64,000 bases of DNA, taken from positions 16,257 to 80,256 of the IMG/VR virus record IMGVR_UViG_3300043411_000704; one strand, 5' to 3'. The stretch's first letter is position 1. Every line of letters starts with the position of its first letter. Shown in pieces: positions 9,488 to 19,450 of this stretch. A model generated the notes under the pieces. It was given only the letters and a program-made list of their open reading frames with translations, did no database searches and was not told where the DNA came from. The stretch comes from a virus. The position numbers and the translations under genes were made by a program.

Positions 9488-10497
9488 TATTCAGCCACTT
9501 CCTCCACAGTGTTTTCACCATCATCGTCATATACAATTCGTTGTCTACGAACGTTTCTCCATGCTTCAGACGAGTGCATATTTTCGTAAACATCCTCTTG
9601 ATAGGCTTGTAAAGTCGCATGATCTTGTTTTTCTTTTTTGATTCGATTAATAAAACAGTGCCATACAATCTGAGAATAAAACCCGAACGGATTTGATTTA
9701 TATGTTATGTATTTTCTAGGATTTGTATTACCAGACAGAATCAGTGCAAGTGCAACATGTGCATTATTCAACACTTTTTGATATAAATGAACCACCGTTC
9801 CTTCATGTAATTCCTTCAATTTCAGATTATTATCATCGTGCATTATACGAGTATCTGAATTTACGACATAAACCGAATCTACACCATTAACATTCAATGT
9901 TATCAGATTTTTCTTTTTAGTGTCCACAATTATAGCCCGAACCGGTGATATGATTTCTACTTCATCAGAGTCTTCCATGTGCCTAGATGAAATGTCGGGT
10001 TTTTTCTTTTTAGTCGTCCAGAAAAATATAGACTTTCCTACGTTTCTAATAATATCATCTTTATCAATAATTATCTTTGACAATTCATCAATATCATCAT
10101 ACACTTCATTACATTTATAATGTTTGAATGCCCTATCTGCAACTGCCTTGAATACTTTAACCTTTGCATCACCAATCATGTCTACCATCCAATTTGAATG
10201 TTGAACATAGTTACTAAAATTAGGTCGATGCGACATATTAGTCACAATATCATCTATCATTCGTGCAAGTTCTAGTGGAATACCCATCTGTGGGTTCGCA
10301 TCAGATTTTTCATAGTAATCCTTCAGTGCAACCCACATTTTTTCTTTATTGACGTATTCTTCTAAAATACGTTCTTTCTTTTCCAGCTTCTTTAGTCTCC
10401 TACGTTCTTTTGCATCTAATTCCAATTCAGAAAAATCAGGAATTTCTTCCTCAACATTAATTATTTCATCCAATTCATCTTCTTCAAGGTTTATCAT
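9487..10497 (-). CDS. 55: Late-transcription sigma factor, T4 gp55-like, with internal insertion
   Basis: YVN, HRPNFSNY, DMIGDA and SNPFGFYSQIVWHCFINRIKKEK are gp55 motifs; TAAATA late promoters occur throughout the window. Confidence 0.9.
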   Translation of the reverse strand: MINLEEDELDEIINVEEEIPDFSELELDAKERRRLKKLEKKERILEEYVNKEKMWVALKDYYEKSDANPQMGIPLELARMIDDIVTNMSHRPNFSNYVQHSNWMVDMIGDAKVKVFKAVADRAFKHYKCNEVYDDIDELSKIIIDKDDIIRNVGKSIFFWTTKKKKPDISSRHMEDSDEVEIISPVRAIIVDTKKKNLITLNVNGVDSVYVVNSDTRIMHDDNNLKLKELHEGTVVHLYQKVLNNAHVALALILSGNTNPRKYITYKSNPFGFYSQIVWHCFINRIKKEKQDHATLQAYQEDVYENMHSSEAWRNVRRQRIVYDDDGENTVEEVAE

Positions 10498-10574
10498 TTT
10501 GTTGTTTTTTTGCTAAATTCAATATCGTCAGTCACATCGTCTAACAATACTCTTAGGTTTTCCATACTATTGAT

Positions 10575-11072
10575 TCACTGCTTCCATTCATATTCAAAAA
10601 AGCTGAGCGCTAAACTCATTTCAGGAAATTCCTCTACTGTTACTGCACACCAACTACCAGCAGGTGATATTGTTTTGATGGTATATTCTTTTCCTACTTC
10701 TAAATTTTCTTCCGCATTTTTAATGATATTAGTGAACCAAAAAGTATGTGTTCCTTTATATCTAATTATAGTTCCTGGGAGTGGCCAAAAAATACCAGCC
10801 TCTCCGTAAAATTCTTCATATGGATTATCATAACCCAGTGGTTTAGGAATCTGGACATAATCATGCTGGTCTAAATTTAGAACCGTATAAATTTCATGTT
10901 CATTCTCGCCTTCCCATTTTATATTTTTTTCACCATCATTTTGATCATAAATGACATGACCTAATAATCCAGTTGATTTACATCGAACCACGTTTGCCTC
11001 TATACGTCGTATGATTTGCCCGTCTTCTGTTTTAATAATCTTCATACTATTGATTTGTGGCCTTCCATTCAT
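10575..11072 (-). CDS. Hypothetical protein
   Basis: ORF in the minus-strand gene run; the true start may be MKIIK near 11045. Confidence 0.65.
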   Translation of the reverse strand: MNGRPQINSMKIIKTEDGQIIRRIEANVVRCKSTGLLGHVIYDQNDGEKNIKWEGENEHEIYTVLNLDQHDYVQIPKPLGYDNPYEEFYGEAGIFWPLPGTIIRYKGTHTFWFTNIIKNAEENLEVGKEYTIKTISPAGSWCAVTVEEFPEMSLALSFFEYEWKQ

Positions 11073-12093
11073 ATTGCGTCTCAGATTTAGGTCCGTTCAT
11101 TTCAGTCAGTCCATAAGAACGAGACCACCTATATAACCTTACATAATCCCAAATATTATATTTGTTTCCTGTCAGATCTTCTGGATAATAGTCGGTATAT
11201 ACTTCTCTCACATCTTTCTCTGAAGGTTCCCAATGAAAAACCTTCAATATATCACCACCACGAGTTTTTAAAATATAGATGTATTCTTTATCCCGTTTCC
11301 AACTTTGATGATCCCAACCACACATGATAGCATTGGCCATCCAGCTATGAACCCATTCATGGTCAATATCAGTCTTATACAGATGTTCGAATGTTTTACA
11401 AAATTCTGATGCCCATATAGATGCATCTGTTGTCTGGTGTAGATCAATTTCTACTTTCTTACATGGAACTGCACGTAAATCATCTATCCAAATATTTGAT
11501 TCATCATAAGATTTTTCTATCTTAGCACAATCTTTGAAATATTCAATCATTGGGTCAGACTTTTCTTCGGTCTCTTCAGGAAAAAGATCTCTAGGAAAGA
11601 CCGCATATCCATCAGACCACATGTAATTGTTTTTCTCTCTCACTTTTTTCATCACATAATGAGAATATTTCGATTTTTCTGGTTTATAATGATCAGATAC
11701 AGTGTCAATATCATCCAAAATTTTATACAGTCCATATGATATATCTTTCCACATATTTTTTTGTTCTATAACCCATTTAACAGCATCTACAGTTTTACCT
11801 GCACACACCATTTCTGCATCATCTGCTATCAATATATCTATGTCTGTCATTTTTACTGGATCGTGTAATACGGTGCAATCAATCCCATGAGAACATTCTC
11901 CACTTGGATGTATTAAATTATGGTGCCATCCTTCTCTTGGATCACCAAGTTTATTTTCTTTTACAAATCGGTTCACTAAATCAGCCATCCGTGCGCAATC
12001 AGTAGTATCTACACCGTTTGATTGTGATGATAACCATCCAGCAAATCCGTATAGTGCTTCGCTTGCAATTAATTTATCAATATCGTTCGTCAT
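11047..12093 (-). CDS. Hypothetical protein (probably a mosaic of small phage domains)
   Basis: 348-aa ORF with ATGA overlap to uvsW. Confidence 0.75.
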   Translation of the reverse strand: MTNDIDKLIASEALYGFAGWLSSQSNGVDTTDCARMADLVNRFVKENKLGDPREGWHHNLIHPSGECSHGIDCTVLHDPVKMTDIDILIADDAEMVCAGKTVDAVKWVIEQKNMWKDISYGLYKILDDIDTVSDHYKPEKSKYSHYVMKKVREKNNYMWSDGYAVFPRDLFPEETEEKSDPMIEYFKDCAKIEKSYDESNIWIDDLRAVPCKKVEIDLHQTTDASIWASEFCKTFEHLYKTDIDHEWVHSWMANAIMCGWDHQSWKRDKEYIYILKTRGGDILKVFHWEPSEKDVREVYTDYYPEDLTGNKYNIWDYVRLYRWSRSYGLTEMNGPKSETQYEWKATNQ

Positions 12094-13628
12094 AATTTTT
12101 GTTTTATACTTTTATATTCAATCTTTTCCTTAACATATAGTTCGAGACGTTCTTTCAAATGTGCTTTTGCATAGGTAGTATCGTCCGCAATATCAAATAC
12201 GGTTGCCAAATTCTTAGACTCGTGTAATCGCATAGAACGCCCAATAGATTGCATAATTTTAATCCCACTCTTTCCAACCCCTGGGAGGACCAACCAATGA
12301 AGATTATTGATTGAAATACCGGTTGAAAAACATTTTGACATTGCAATACAAATAATTCCAGTCTGGTTTTCCATCTGGTCAATAATCTTTGCACGTTCTT
12401 CGCTCTTAACATCACTCCAAATAAAATAAACTATACGATCTGTCGTTTCAAGAATTTTTTTTAAAATCTCTCCTTGTTCTATATTATCTATCAGAATCAT
12501 ACCATTACCGGTCATTTTAGTGCAAATTTTTCTTATCAACCCGTTTCTTTTTTCACACCGATACAAGAATTTTCGTTCTTCATTATACTTTGCACTTGGC
12601 CTTTTATCTAAAACTTGTGAGATCGTCCCATCCTCATTCTGAACCTCTATAAAGGGCTCTGGAACCTCATCTGTATGTTGACAGTAGATAACTTTAATCG
12701 CCACCTCTGTCACCGTTCCTTGCTGCCGCCCTTCATATGATGACTTCATATACAAAACGGGTCCTATCTTACCCAGAATATTCCAACAGGCTTCTTTATT
12801 TTTTACAGGTAAAGTTGCGGTCAAGCCAAATTTATGTGGTGTAGGAATATTATGTAATATTTTACTGATCTGGTGCTGGTCCTTTGTTACAAATCTTTTT
12901 TTACCATCAGAATCTTCAACCAACACTCTTCTCTTCTTTTCCTTTTCTCCAACCAAATGACATTCATCAATTATCACATAGTCGTATTCTTTTAATACAG
13001 AAACCGTATAATTTATATCCTGCCACATTATATTATGACCAACTACTAATACTGGTTTTGTGAATTCTGGTATATGACCGTCTCCCCACCGTTCAATTAT
13101 TGGTAAATCAAACTTCTGATTAAAATCATTATATAATTGGTTTAGCAACCCTGTGGTTGGGACCATTACCACTATCTTAGCATCTGGTTTGACCGCTAAT
13201 AAAGATCTGGTCATACCCGCAACACAAAGGGACTTACCACCACCGGTAAAGATTAGGCATATACCACGACCATTTTTAAAAAAATGTTGTATTGCTTCTA
13301 TCTGATAATCATAATAGTTATATCCGTTAATGGATAGAATTGGAACATTTTTTAGCGACGGTCTATATACTTTTTTAAACTGGTCAGAAAATGTGATATC
13401 AAATTGTTTGTTTAGTGTCAGTATAAACGAATTTATTTCGTGCCATAACCCAACTTCAAATGCACCTGCTGGTGTAATCACATATTTTCTGATATTGAAA
13501 TTACGTGTTTTATAATTTGGTGTTGGAACCGAAAAATGTTCGCGAATCAACCGAAAAGTCTGTGGATTACTACATTTGAGAATCCCACTTTTATTCAAAT
13601 AATCTATTTCTATTTTTTCTCGGACCAC
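12090..13628 (-). CDS. uvsW: SF2 DNA helicase UvsW
   Basis: YDYQ, TGGGKS, IIDECH, GLTAT, FSTGISI and QSIGRSMR motifs; adjacent to uvsY. Confidence 0.92.
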   Translation of the reverse strand: MVREKIEIDYLNKSGILKCSNPQTFRLIREHFSVPTPNYKTRNFNIRKYVITPAGAFEVGLWHEINSFILTLNKQFDITFSDQFKKVYRPSLKNVPILSINGYNYYDYQIEAIQHFFKNGRGICLIFTGGGKSLCVAGMTRSLLAVKPDAKIVVMVPTTGLLNQLYNDFNQKFDLPIIERWGDGHIPEFTKPVLVVGHNIMWQDINYTVSVLKEYDYVIIDECHLVGEKEKKRRVLVEDSDGKKRFVTKDQHQISKILHNIPTPHKFGLTATLPVKNKEACWNILGKIGPVLYMKSSYEGRQQGTVTEVAIKVIYCQHTDEVPEPFIEVQNEDGTISQVLDKRPSAKYNEERKFLYRCEKRNGLIRKICTKMTGNGMILIDNIEQGEILKKILETTDRIVYFIWSDVKSEERAKIIDQMENQTGIICIAMSKCFSTGISINNLHWLVLPGVGKSGIKIMQSIGRSMRLHESKNLATVFDIADDTTYAKAHLKERLELYVKEKIEYKSIKQKL

Positions 13629-14047
13629 TAATTTTTCATATTCAATAACTCAGGATTTTCATTGATATTTCCTATAATTTCCACACCATATTCATCAACT
13701 GCATATCTTTCGTCTAATGCCAAGTCTGATATAGCTTCATTTGACGATAAATACCAACCATAATGAGAATCCCGGCGCTCAAATCCCGTGAAGTATTGAC
13801 CCATACAAACTGGTAGTTTTTGACCATCACAATATTCTACAATATCACCCTCATAAATTTCTTGCCCATTTACGTCTTTTAATCCAGTAAATTGTTCGAC
13901 CACATATTCATTCCCACCACTTCCATTCTGTAGATTATGAAATTTACCATCTAAGTCTAAAACATAATGATGTTTTGACAACGGTGTAATTTTGAGATAA
14001 CGTTTTTCAAGTTTATCCCATACTCTAAATTTTAATTCTCTATTCAT
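13628..14047 (-). CDS. YopX family protein
   Basis: RELKFRVWD, QFTGLKDVNGQEIYEGDIV and EIIGNINENPELL motifs. Confidence 0.92.
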   Translation of the reverse strand: MNRELKFRVWDKLEKRYLKITPLSKHHYVLDLDGKFHNLQNGSGGNEYVVEQFTGLKDVNGQEIYEGDIVEYCDGQKLPVCMGQYFTGFERRDSHYGWYLSSNEAISDLALDERYAVDEYGVEIIGNINENPELLNMKN

Positions 14048-14439
14048 AGTGTTTCTAATTTTATCATCTCAACCAAATTTTTCATAATATATCCCATGTC
14101 TATTAGATTCTTATTATTTGATTCTAAATATGAGATCAAAGTAGTATAATCATGTAGTTCTTTCTCCAATTTCTTATAATTTGGATCGTTCTCAACTTTC
14201 TTAGTGATCTTAACCTTTGATAATTCGACTGGTGAACTACCTATGTGTTGTTCAACAATCTCATTCTTTGCTTTTTCCAGTGCATGATAATTTTTCTCAC
14301 ACTGTCGTAACCTCATCAACCATTTATTTCTAATGTTTGGTAACGAATACATTTTATCCGTCAAATTAGTTATATCTACATGTGTATCAACATCTAATTC
14401 TTTAGAATATTTCTCAAAAAGTTCGTCTGCGGTTTCCAT
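14044..14439 (-). CDS. uvsY: Recombination mediator UvsY-like
   Basis: 131-aa helical protein ending GYIMKNLVEMIKLE; next to uvsW. Confidence 0.75.
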   Translation of the reverse strand: METADELFEKYSKELDVDTHVDITNLTDKMYSLPNIRNKWLMRLRQCEKNYHALEKAKNEIVEQHIGSSPVELSKVKITKKVENDPNYKKLEKELHDYTTLISYLESNNKNLIDMGYIMKNLVEMIKLETL

Positions 14440-14487
14440 CAGATTATTTTAAACTTTATGATCGTCTATTGCAAGTAAATAATGTAA

Positions 14488-14658
14488 GTGACTGAAAAAT
14501 TCGATAAATTGATTGCCGACCTAATGAAAGAAAACATGATGGCGGTTAATGTTCTTGGGCAAGCGAGTTCAGAACCATATGATATATCTGATGTTAGAAC
14601 GCCAAAGGTAATGGGAATGCGCCGACGTTTGAAAATTAGAAAGAAAAAATCTAAGTAG
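14488..14658 (+). CDS. Small basic protein (56 aa) with KFDxL signal; absent from the ORF track
   Basis: GTG start 6 nt after TAAATA (14476-14481). Reads MTEKFDKLIADLMKENMMAVNVLGQASSEPYDISDVRTPKVMGMRRRLKIRKKKSK. Confidence 0.8.
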   Translation: MTEKFDKLIADLMKENMMAVNVLGQASSEPYDISDVRTPKVMGMRRRLKIRKKKSK

Positions 14659-14700
14659 AAATGGAATTGCAATACGACTAGACATGTAGTATAGTTTTGT

Positions 14701-15165
14701 GTGAACTACACATTTATATCATTCGATGATCTTCTAAAATCATGTGAGACAAAGATCATTAATTTCTTATACGATTACCAATTATTAGAAAAATATTCTC
14801 CAGATGTGAAAAAAGTTCTTTTATATTTTCTGATAAAAGAATTTAATGAGAAATTACATGATAGAAAATTACTAATTTATCATACACATACTATTTCTGG
14901 TGATCATGAATTATTAGAAATTTATCCAAAAGAAGAATTGGATAAATTTTTCAATAAACTCTGTTTGAAAATCAAGAAAATCACTAAAAGATTGTTTTTT
15001 ATATCAAAAGACACTAAATTACCAGTAAAAGGTGAGATTCATCTATTGGATGGTTCTATAATTGATGAGATCGTGTTGTTAAACAATGAACAACCAGATT
15101 TAAAACAACTTAAAACATTTTTGTCCAAACATAAATTAGGTGAAATGTTCACTTCAATTCATTAG
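14701..15165 (+). CDS. Hypothetical protein
   Basis: 154-aa ORF filling the gap between neighbours. Confidence 0.7.
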   Translation: MNYTFISFDDLLKSCETKIINFLYDYQLLEKYSPDVKKVLLYFLIKEFNEKLHDRKLLIYHTHTISGDHELLEIYPKEELDKFFNKLCLKIKKITKRLFFISKDTKLPVKGEIHLLDGSIIDEIVLLNNEQPDLKQLKTFLSKHKLGEMFTSIH

Positions 15166-15167
15166 AT

Positions 15168-15755
15168 TCATTTATGAATATCAAATAATTCTAGTAATTT
15201 ACTATAATCCTTGGTCAGACTTTTCTTTGTTAAATGATTGGCTGGTAAAATGTTTAATATATCTGGATGGGTATAATTTACGGGAAAATCTTTATAGTCT
15301 CGTTTTTTCCATACTTGTAGAAAAGTCATGACATATGCATTGCTAGCTTTAACATATTTTTCAATATCTATGTTCAGCTTATGTTTTTTGACCAATTTAA
15401 CAACTCTACGATCAGCATCTAATTCTAGTGCCTGAATATTAATCAGATGATATTTTGGACAAGTTTTATATTTTTTAGCTAACCAATCATAGAAATAATT
15501 CAATGATTGTATACCTTTTTGCCACAGTTTAGTGTTGGTTTTCCATTGTAAAAAATGACAATATTCGTGTAAAAATATCTCAAAATCCAATTCAGTATCA
15601 AAATAATTAATCATGAATGTAGGTTTAGTAGGTTTTTCTACTGAAAAATAATTTGCAGAATGTTTGCTATTATTTTTTCGTTTATTGAATAAAATAGTGA
15701 CTTCGTGCTGGACCATATCTTTGATCGCCTGTCCTATGAAGTGTTCTTCCGTCAC
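15168..15755 (-). CDS. HExxH zinc metallopeptidase-like protein
   Basis: FLHEYCHFLQ and downstream ELDADR; late promoter 6 nt before the GTG. Confidence 0.7.
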   Translation of the reverse strand: MTEEHFIGQAIKDMVQHEVTILFNKRKNNSKHSANYFSVEKPTKPTFMINYFDTELDFEIFLHEYCHFLQWKTNTKLWQKGIQSLNYFYDWLAKKYKTCPKYHLINIQALELDADRRVVKLVKKHKLNIDIEKYVKASNAYVMTFLQVWKKRDYKDFPVNYTHPDILNILPANHLTKKSLTKDYSKLLELFDIHK

Positions 15756-15773
15756 GACACATATTTATCAAAT

Positions 15774-15802
15774 AAAAATGCCGGTGGATTAATCCACCGG
15801 CA
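15774..15802 (-). terminator. Rho-independent terminator after hsp20
   Basis: tgccggtgga-ttaa-tccaccggca hairpin followed by a T-run on the minus strand. Confidence 0.85.
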
Positions 15803-15820
15803 CTACCTTATGTATAAAGG

Positions 15821-16273
15821 CTATTGAACTTCAATCTTTTTGATCACTGGTTCAACCTTTTGTGTCTTGGGAATCGTAATTTTCAACATCCCATCCTCAA
15901 ATTTAGAACTCAGACCATTTTCTTCACCTTTATCAATAATATCCCATTTCCATTTACGGGATTTATGTGAAATACTTTGCTTGAAATACTTCACATCGTC
16001 CCGTTTAGTTGTGCCATTGACTTCGACATTAAGATAACCGTCTTGAACAGTTACTACAATATCCTCTTTCTTATGACCTGCAAGGGGGATATCAATATAA
16101 AATTCTTTATCTGTTTCAGATAAAGAATAATCCATTGGATAATCCACCTTTACGTTCAAGAATCTATCCAGATAGGAATCTGAAAAGAAACTATCAAATA
16201 CTTTATCTAATTCCCCAAAAACCCCAAAACCGGATGTCTTCGGCCAATATGTTGTGTTTATTAGTTTACTCAT
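15821..16273 (-). CDS. Small heat-shock protein Hsp20
   Basis: PLAGHKKEDIVV and FEDGMLKITIPK alpha-crystallin motifs; C-terminal IEV motif. Confidence 0.92.
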   Translation of the reverse strand: MSKLINTTYWPKTSGFGVFGELDKVFDSFFSDSYLDRFLNVKVDYPMDYSLSETDKEFYIDIPLAGHKKEDIVVTVQDGYLNVEVNGTTKRDDVKYFKQSISHKSRKWKWDIIDKGEENGLSSKFEDGMLKITIPKTQKVEPVIKKIEVQ

Positions 16274-16340
16274 TTTGTGTGTCTGTTTATATCAAGTTCT
16301 GGCCATTTCTGCACCAGAACTTAAATCGTTTTATATTTAT

Positions 16341-16562
16341 TCAAAATCCGTCACATGCATCAGTCCAAAATATATCCTTCAACAAATCTTCTAAAACCAT
16401 GAAATTTATAACCTGATCATTTGCAAACACCGGCCATCTAGTTTCTTTATATGCAACATCAGTATTTATAAAATATTTTTCTTTCAACAATTTGGTGATG
16501 TCTGCCAGTGCAGCTTTCGCTTCGTGGTGTGCAAATTCTTGTGATGGTCCCATGCAAGCCAT
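16341..16562 (-). CDS. Hypothetical protein
   Basis: Short ORF tightly packed in the operon. Confidence 0.65.
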   Translation of the reverse strand: MACMGPSQEFAHHEAKAALADITKLLKEKYFINTDVAYKETRWPVFANDQVINFMVLEDLLKDIFWTDACDGF

Positions 16563-16563
16563 A

Positions 16564-17367
16564 TCAAATTTTTCCTAAATATTTTTTAATCAGTTTTTTA
16601 TTGTTTGTTGTAAAATCCGGTGTCATATCAACATAATTTATCTTTTTATTATTTTTATGTAATAAAATGAAAGGACTATGACTGACCATGATCACCTGGA
16701 AGTATTTGGCAAGTTCGTCCAGAGTATCAAACAATTCAAGTTGTTTTTCAAGTGAAAGTGCTTTTTCTGGTTCATCCAATAGGACAGTCATAGGTCCAGT
16801 TCGTGGTAAACTATTGATATAATTAACTTCAAATTGGGCGATTGCTCGTTCTTCGGGCGATATAATATTTTCAGGCACGTTGGTCAAACTTGGGGGGTTT
16901 TGTAACATTTGCATGATCTTATTAATCTTAGTTATCCTATACTGTCCTGAACTAGGTTTGGACGCCATTACATCCATTTGTTCGGCTTCTGTAGAAATAC
17001 CGTCTGATGATTGATCAGGGTTTATAAACCATGTCATATCATTCTTCCCCATTTGGTCTGAATCGTTGTAAAAAGTTGGTGTGCCGTCCCATTCAATGAC
17101 CGCATGAGATTTACCCGGTGCATATACATGATAGCAAAACGGATAGTGTGACTGATATTGGGACCCAATTTTTGACGGTTCAGAAATTCGGGAAAATCCA
17201 CCTTTATCAATACCACAATATGCGGCCAGTGTTTTTAATAAAGATGTTTTGTTTGTTCCATTCCCACCAACAATCACATTCAATCCTGGTTTGAACTCAA
17301 ATATTCGATCTTTAATGTTGGGATTATTCATCATAAATCCCGATTTAATCATTGCTCGTTTAATCAT
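16564..17367 (-). CDS. ABC-type (AAA_21/SMC-like) ATPase
   Basis: GLNVIVGGNGTNKT Walker A, SSGQ signature, LLDEPE Walker B, VSHS H-loop; start trimmed to MIKRA. Confidence 0.85.
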   Translation of the reverse strand: MIKRAMIKSGFMMNNPNIKDRIFEFKPGLNVIVGGNGTNKTSLLKTLAAYCGIDKGGFSRISEPSKIGSQYQSHYPFCYHVYAPGKSHAVIEWDGTPTFYNDSDQMGKNDMTWFINPDQSSDGISTEAEQMDVMASKPSSGQYRITKINKIMQMLQNPPSLTNVPENIISPEERAIAQFEVNYINSLPRTGPMTVLLDEPEKALSLEKQLELFDTLDELAKYFQVIMVSHSPFILLHKNNKKINYVDMTPDFTTNNKKLIKKYLGKI

Positions 17368-18802
17368 TTTTAGGTAGATCCTTACCAATTTTTCGCCAGT
17401 CAACGAATGCATTTTTATATAAATCGGACAATTTTACTTCTTTTTCGTCAAATTGGAAGTTGGTAATACTAAAATTTGGACGATTGTTCTTAATCGGGGT
17501 AGGATTATATAGTTTCAACAGACTTTGTGGATTCGCTATGAATTGAGATTTAATCGTTTCTGCTAATTCTTTATTATCTACAGTTCCTACAATTATAGTA
17601 TCTGCTTTGCCAAAAAGCCTAGCACTAATAGTCCATTTACCATTCACTTCTTCAAGTTTAATATCAAACTTATATGCAAATGTTGGATCGACTTCAAGTA
17701 ACTTTTTATAGTTACTTTTAAATGTCGATCTCAGTCTACCAATGTCTAAATAACGACTAAAATCAACTACATCAACTTCAGGTGTCGGACATTCGTCTAA
17801 TATTTTGGTATTGGCATCAATGATATATGCACACTCCAATTCAAATTCCCAATCAGCATGATCTCTATTAATTGCCAAAATCTTATCTGATCCTGGACAA
17901 GTTAGATATAACATTTTAGATTCGTCCATGATATTTTCTGCTATAATAGTGGTCGTCAAATGTGACAACTTTCCGAACCGTGATCCAATAAAACTATATA
18001 ATTGATCTACTGTTGTGAATTCCATGTCCGAACCTACGTGATAGGTTCCTGATAGATTTAACAAGTCAATCTCATATGCTGCATTGAATCGCAGATCTGT
18101 TAGATTTTTAAATATTTCCTTCAGTTGTTTGAAATCCAGAGCGATAACATCTTTCTTGTTATCTGTTGGTTGAATAACGTAAAAACCCTGTTTCACATCG
18201 TAAAATTGTATAAACGGAACTACATATTTCTTCAAATATTCTTCTTTTTCCTGTGCAATCTTTTTAGTATTTTCCGCATCAAGTTCAGCCTTCTTTATAA
18301 GAAAGTGTTTTTCTTGCTCATATGCTTCTTGTTCTCTACGAGAATATTCAGATAATGCATTTCCACATGCTTTGATTGAATCAGATAAAACCAACTTTTC
18401 AACCAAAAATTCACTCTGTGGTATAACTTTAATATTAATTGGTATTACTGGATTAATTTTGTCATAACCTGATTTTTTTGATGGCATAATTCCACCTAAT
18501 TGTAATGAAGATTGATTTCCTAGTCTAGTTCTAAAGTAATCATTTGTCGATTCAACTACTTCACTGATTTCTTTGTTAATTTCTTGGACTACTGTATTTC
18601 TAGTATCCAGCCAAGCACTATATTCAGTTTTTAATTCTTCACTCAATTTTGTTGGTTTATTGATGAATTCATGTAAAAATTCCTTATATGTTCGTTCTCT
18701 GACATCAACATATTCTACTGTCGGGGTCTTTGATGATGATTCAAAATGTGCTAATAATTTCGTAACACCATTACTATCGGTTAATTCTATTGTTTTTTCC
18801 AT
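17360..18802 (-). CDS. Hypothetical protein (480 aa)
   Basis: Long ORF; TAAATA 7 nt upstream of the ATG. Confidence 0.8.
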   Translation of the reverse strand: MEKTIELTDSNGVTKLLAHFESSSKTPTVEYVDVRERTYKEFLHEFINKPTKLSEELKTEYSAWLDTRNTVVQEINKEISEVVESTNDYFRTRLGNQSSLQLGGIMPSKKSGYDKINPVIPINIKVIPQSEFLVEKLVLSDSIKACGNALSEYSRREQEAYEQEKHFLIKKAELDAENTKKIAQEKEEYLKKYVVPFIQFYDVKQGFYVIQPTDNKKDVIALDFKQLKEIFKNLTDLRFNAAYEIDLLNLSGTYHVGSDMEFTTVDQLYSFIGSRFGKLSHLTTTIIAENIMDESKMLYLTCPGSDKILAINRDHADWEFELECAYIIDANTKILDECPTPEVDVVDFSRYLDIGRLRSTFKSNYKKLLEVDPTFAYKFDIKLEEVNGKWTISARLFGKADTIIVGTVDNKELAETIKSQFIANPQSLLKLYNPTPIKNNRPNFSITNFQFDEKEVKLSDLYKNAFVDWRKIGKDLPKND

Positions 18803-18828
18803 AAATTTTTATTTAGATGAATTATATT

Positions 18829-19434
18829 TTACATTAATTCTTTTGCTTGCTCAAACTCAGATTCATCAACTCCTTCCATACTGAAGTTTAATTTACTCAT
18901 TACATCATCCATTTCAAAAATACCGGTTGATACAGGTCGGTCAATTCGTGCCTGCCAATTATGCCATTGAAAATAACTAATTCGGTTATCAAATTCTGTC
19001 ATGTCACCAACAGGTCGCTCTTTAATAAACGTAAAATTAGATTCAACTATTTTTACATATTCAGCCGCATTATCTTGATCCATATTAATCACAACCAAAA
19101 AATGTTGGTCGTCGTGACCAACATCAAATGTTCTAAAATTTAATTGTGGTTTAGTATCTGGCACTTTTAACTGCGGAACTTCTTGATCCGCAATTTTATA
19201 ACTTTGTCCAAACCCCGGTTCTGAGATTTCAGCATTGACCTGTGATACTGAGTTCTTATATTCTTCCAGACCTTTAGATATATATTCTGCCGCATTTAAT
19301 GCCATTTCGGTATCACCTTTTACTGGACTGTTCAACACTACGGTATGTTTCCATAGTTCCATATCTGGGACATCAGACAATCCGATCTCCATTTTCAATT
19401 TCTGTTTAATAGTTTCTTCGTCAAACTTGATCAT
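18829..19434 (-). CDS. Hypothetical protein
   Basis: 201-aa acidic ORF. Confidence 0.75.
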   Translation of the reverse strand: MIKFDEETIKQKLKMEIGLSDVPDMELWKHTVVLNSPVKGDTEMALNAAEYISKGLEEYKNSVSQVNAEISEPGFGQSYKIADQEVPQLKVPDTKPQLNFRTFDVGHDDQHFLVVINMDQDNAAEYVKIVESNFTFIKERPVGDMTEFDNRISYFQWHNWQARIDRPVSTGIFEMDDVMSKLNFSMEGVDESEFEQAKELM

Positions 19435-19450
19435 GTTCTATATTAAACCA

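Noticed and set aside
9703-10116. Intein in gp55 (insert begins near a Cys)
   Set aside because: No recognisable block B TxxH and no terminal HN followed by C/S/T.
14466-14672. Minus-strand 68-aa ORF in the track
   Set aside because: It is the shadow of the better-supported plus-strand ORF at 14488-14658.
16294-16322. CIRCE operator upstream of hsp20
   Set aside because: The inverted repeat does not match TTAGCACTC-N9-GAGTGCTAA.
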